Shown here: positions 61,391 to 64,000 of the stretch, piece after piece
Layout: each line of letters begins with the position of its first letter
Numbering within the stretch: position 1 is the stretch's first letter
NCBI RefSeq assembly: GCF_006345805.1
Contig: NC_042997.1
Location: 113,398,001 to 113,462,000, forward strand
Reading direction: 5' to 3'
DNA from: Octopus sinensis
Taxonomy: Eukaryota
DNA: 64,000 nucleotides
Translations under genes and position numbers: made by a program
The notes under the pieces: model-generated
Seen by the model: the letters and a program-made list of their open reading frames with translations, nothing else
Told to the model about the DNA's origin: nothing
Databases searched by the model: none

Positions 61391-62457
61391 ATATTGTTTT
61401 GAGCTGAGTGGGAGTACTAAATGCCCTTGTTCAAAAATATAAGGACACAGATTGTGTTGTATAGCCAGCTGGAGACGATGTCTCCTGGGACTAAATTACA
61501 GCAGCATTTGTCCTAAACCAGGACTGCCATGTTATGTAGGCAAATAATCTTTACTCTAGAGTATTGTTGCTGAATATCTCTCGTTGAGAGATTTACAAGT
61601 AGTAATTTTCTACTAATGTTTTGTTTTCATAGGTTTTGAATTAAAATCCTCCACCAAACCTTAGTCACAATTAATGTTCCTAACACTAGCTTAATAACTA
61701 AGTTATTTTACTAAATTCTTTGTTATATTTAAAATTAATTGAAAGAAACACAGTGTTTTTCAACAGAAATATGGTAACAAAAGTATTAAAGTGATCTAAA
61801 TTAACACCTATCAAAATTTCACATTAATTCATGTTCCAAACACCTGTTTAATAATGACAGTTATTTTACTAAATCCTTCTTCGTTTAAGCCTTTAGCATT
61901 TAAACTGGTCATATCTGGCCATAATATTCTACCTGCTTTATGCTCCACCTGGCCAGAACTGACTACTCACACCTACCCTACAATTGCACCGTCAATTCTT
62001 GAAGTTGTGAGATAATGTCTAATTGATTCAAATCAATGTGAATAAATAGCATTACATTGGACAGAGGAGTAATTGTGAATGCTAAAGAGTTACGGCAGTC
62101 ATCATCATCACCATCATTGTCCATGCTGGCATGGGTTGGACGGTTTGACCGGGCTGGTAAGCTGGAAGGCTGCATTGGACTCTAGTCTGATTTGGCATGG
62201 TGTTCTATGGTTGGTTGCTCTTCCTAATGCCAACAATTCCGAGAGTATAATGGGTGCTTTTACATTTCACCAGCAAGGGTGCCATTTGCATGACACTGGG
62301 GGTGCTTTTACGTGCCACTGGCACAAGTGCCATTTGCATGACACTGGAGTGCTTTAACGTGCCACTAGATGATAACAAAAGAGTTAATAGTAATGACAAA
62401 GTTATTTTACTAAATTCTTCATTATTTTCAAAGTTTCTGAAAGTTCTTGGCTCTAAG

Positions 62458-62561
62458 GAAATGGTATTGGTCACTGCTGAGAAGGGAGCGAGAGTCAAAG
62501 AGTTGCAGAAAGTGATTGCCACCAATTGCTTTCATTACTTTTTGAGATGGAAATGTGTCAG
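62458..62561 (+). CDS. Putative exon (EMVLVTAEKGARVKELQKVIATNCFHYFLRWKCV)
   Basis: Open frame in unique sequence, CAG|GTATGG donor; acceptor uncertain. Confidence 0.2.
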
Positions 62562-64000
62562 GTATGGTTTTCTTTCATGTGGATGGAACACACAGAAGAG
62601 TTGTTTGTAACGATCTAATTAGCATCGTTGTTAGGTGTCATCTACTCTTAGCAGATTGAATATCAAGGATCTCCATTTGGGTAGATCTAAGATCCATGAT
62701 TTAGTATGGGCATGGGCACAAGAACACCCACTAGAATTTTTGATTTTAGAAATTTTGATTCTGCACCCCTACTTTTCTCAGCCTTAGAAAACAGTGAATA
62801 AAAAGCGATCTGTAAAAATTAGCTCAAAGTTAGATTTCTTCTCAAAAAACAAAAATAAATTAAAATCAAAACAATAAAACCTTGTGTGTAATAATTTTTG
62901 GATCCCCTATGCAAATTTTGTTCCCGAGCCAGTGAGTATGGGTGCAGTTGGTAACAATCACACTTGAATGGTGCTTTTTACATGCCACTGGCACAGAAGC
63001 CAGTTAGCTGTCAAGTTGGAAGAATTCTTGCTGTGCTTGGGAAAAATGCTTAGCAACATTTCGTCTGGTTTTACATTCTGAGTTCAAACTCATTCAAGGT
63101 TGACTCTGCCTTTTGTCCTTTTAGAGTCAATAAGTATTGATTGAGTACTGGGGTCAATGTAATTCCCTTACTCCCTACCCAAAACTTGCTGCGCTTGTAG
63201 CAAAATTCGAAACCAACTTTATTATTTTACATTGATGGATGTCAGAATAAATAGAATGATTAGACAAAATGGTTCTGGGTTCAGTTTAATCAACTCCCCA
63301 GTTTCCCAAATCTAAGCCACCCTCTCACCCCAGTTCTTTTTTCTGTTACATAAATGGAAGACAGAATCGGTGGAGCATTAACTTTTAGATAAAACATCTT
63401 ACAATATTCAATTACATTTTTTTACCTTCAAACTTCAAGTTCCTTTAAGGTCAACTTTGCCTTTTGTGCTCCCTTGGTCGATAAAGAAACTACCTGTAAT
63501 ATACTAGGTTTGATTTAATCAACTCTTCCAGTCCCTCAAATTTTTGGGCTTTCATCTGATTATTTTACCTTCATTGAGGTGAACTTATTGCAGAATGTCA
63601 GGCTTTGTGCATCCATGTTTGGACATTGTCCAAGACTGTCTGTCATTTGTTTTTAGGATCAGTTTGATAAATGCCATAATTATATTAGTTTTGATTCAAT
63701 AGACATCAGTGTATTCTTTGCAAAATTTGCTTTCTACTTAATCATATTTATATATGAAATGTGTGTGTGTGTGTGTGCGCATATATACATACACACACAT
63801 ACAGTCTGCAAAAAAAAATGTATACATACTTTGAGAAAAGAAAAATGTGTAGAAATATTTTGATACTAAATTCATTCAGACATTATGAGAATAATGCAAG
63901 TTACATTTAACCTCTACAATTACAAAAGATGCTCAAAGTGGTGGCCTTTAGCTTACAATCACTTATTAGAATGGCAAGCTGCTGCTTGGGCAACATTGGT

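Noticed and set aside
56745-61560. Phase-2 exon candidates continuing MAKSST (56765, 60122, 61464)
   Set aside because: Poor donors or in-frame stops; none supportable without transcript data

Overview
Eukaryotic, AT-rich, repeat-saturated genomic DNA. The SINE/RTE repeat families, the TTAGGG motif and the microsatellite load suggest a coleoid cephalopod, probably Octopus; this is inferred from familiarity with the repeats, not from a database search. No long intact host-gene CDS is present, and almost every ORF in the track is a microsatellite artefact or a transposon fragment. Most of the window is tRNA-derived SINEs (three families, here S1, S2, S3), 5'-truncated RTE LINE 3' ends, about ten 3' fragments of R4/Dong-like restriction-like-endonuclease LINEs sitting in (TAA)n tracts, a decayed CR1 LINE, hAT and Tc1/mariner remnants, and many foldback/MITE-like hairpins. 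A CpG-rich, promoter-like region at about 53.6-56.1 kb has divergent first-exon candidates: a minus-strand exon ending ATG|GTGAGT and a plus-strand pair leading to MAKSST. This suggests the rest of the window is largely intronic, with only scattered, low-confidence micro-exon candidates whose product I could not identify. The most notable non-annotated signals are five minimal hammerhead-ribozyme-like motifs in unrelated repeats, a ~690-bp foldback carrying telomeric repeats and G4 motifs on both arms next to an AP-1-motif minisatellite, multi-family (TAA)n-targeted LINE stacks with a candidate tRNA+TAA partner SINE, and a small TIR element with three perfect CRE sites. Coordinates of decayed repeats are approximate (tens of bp).
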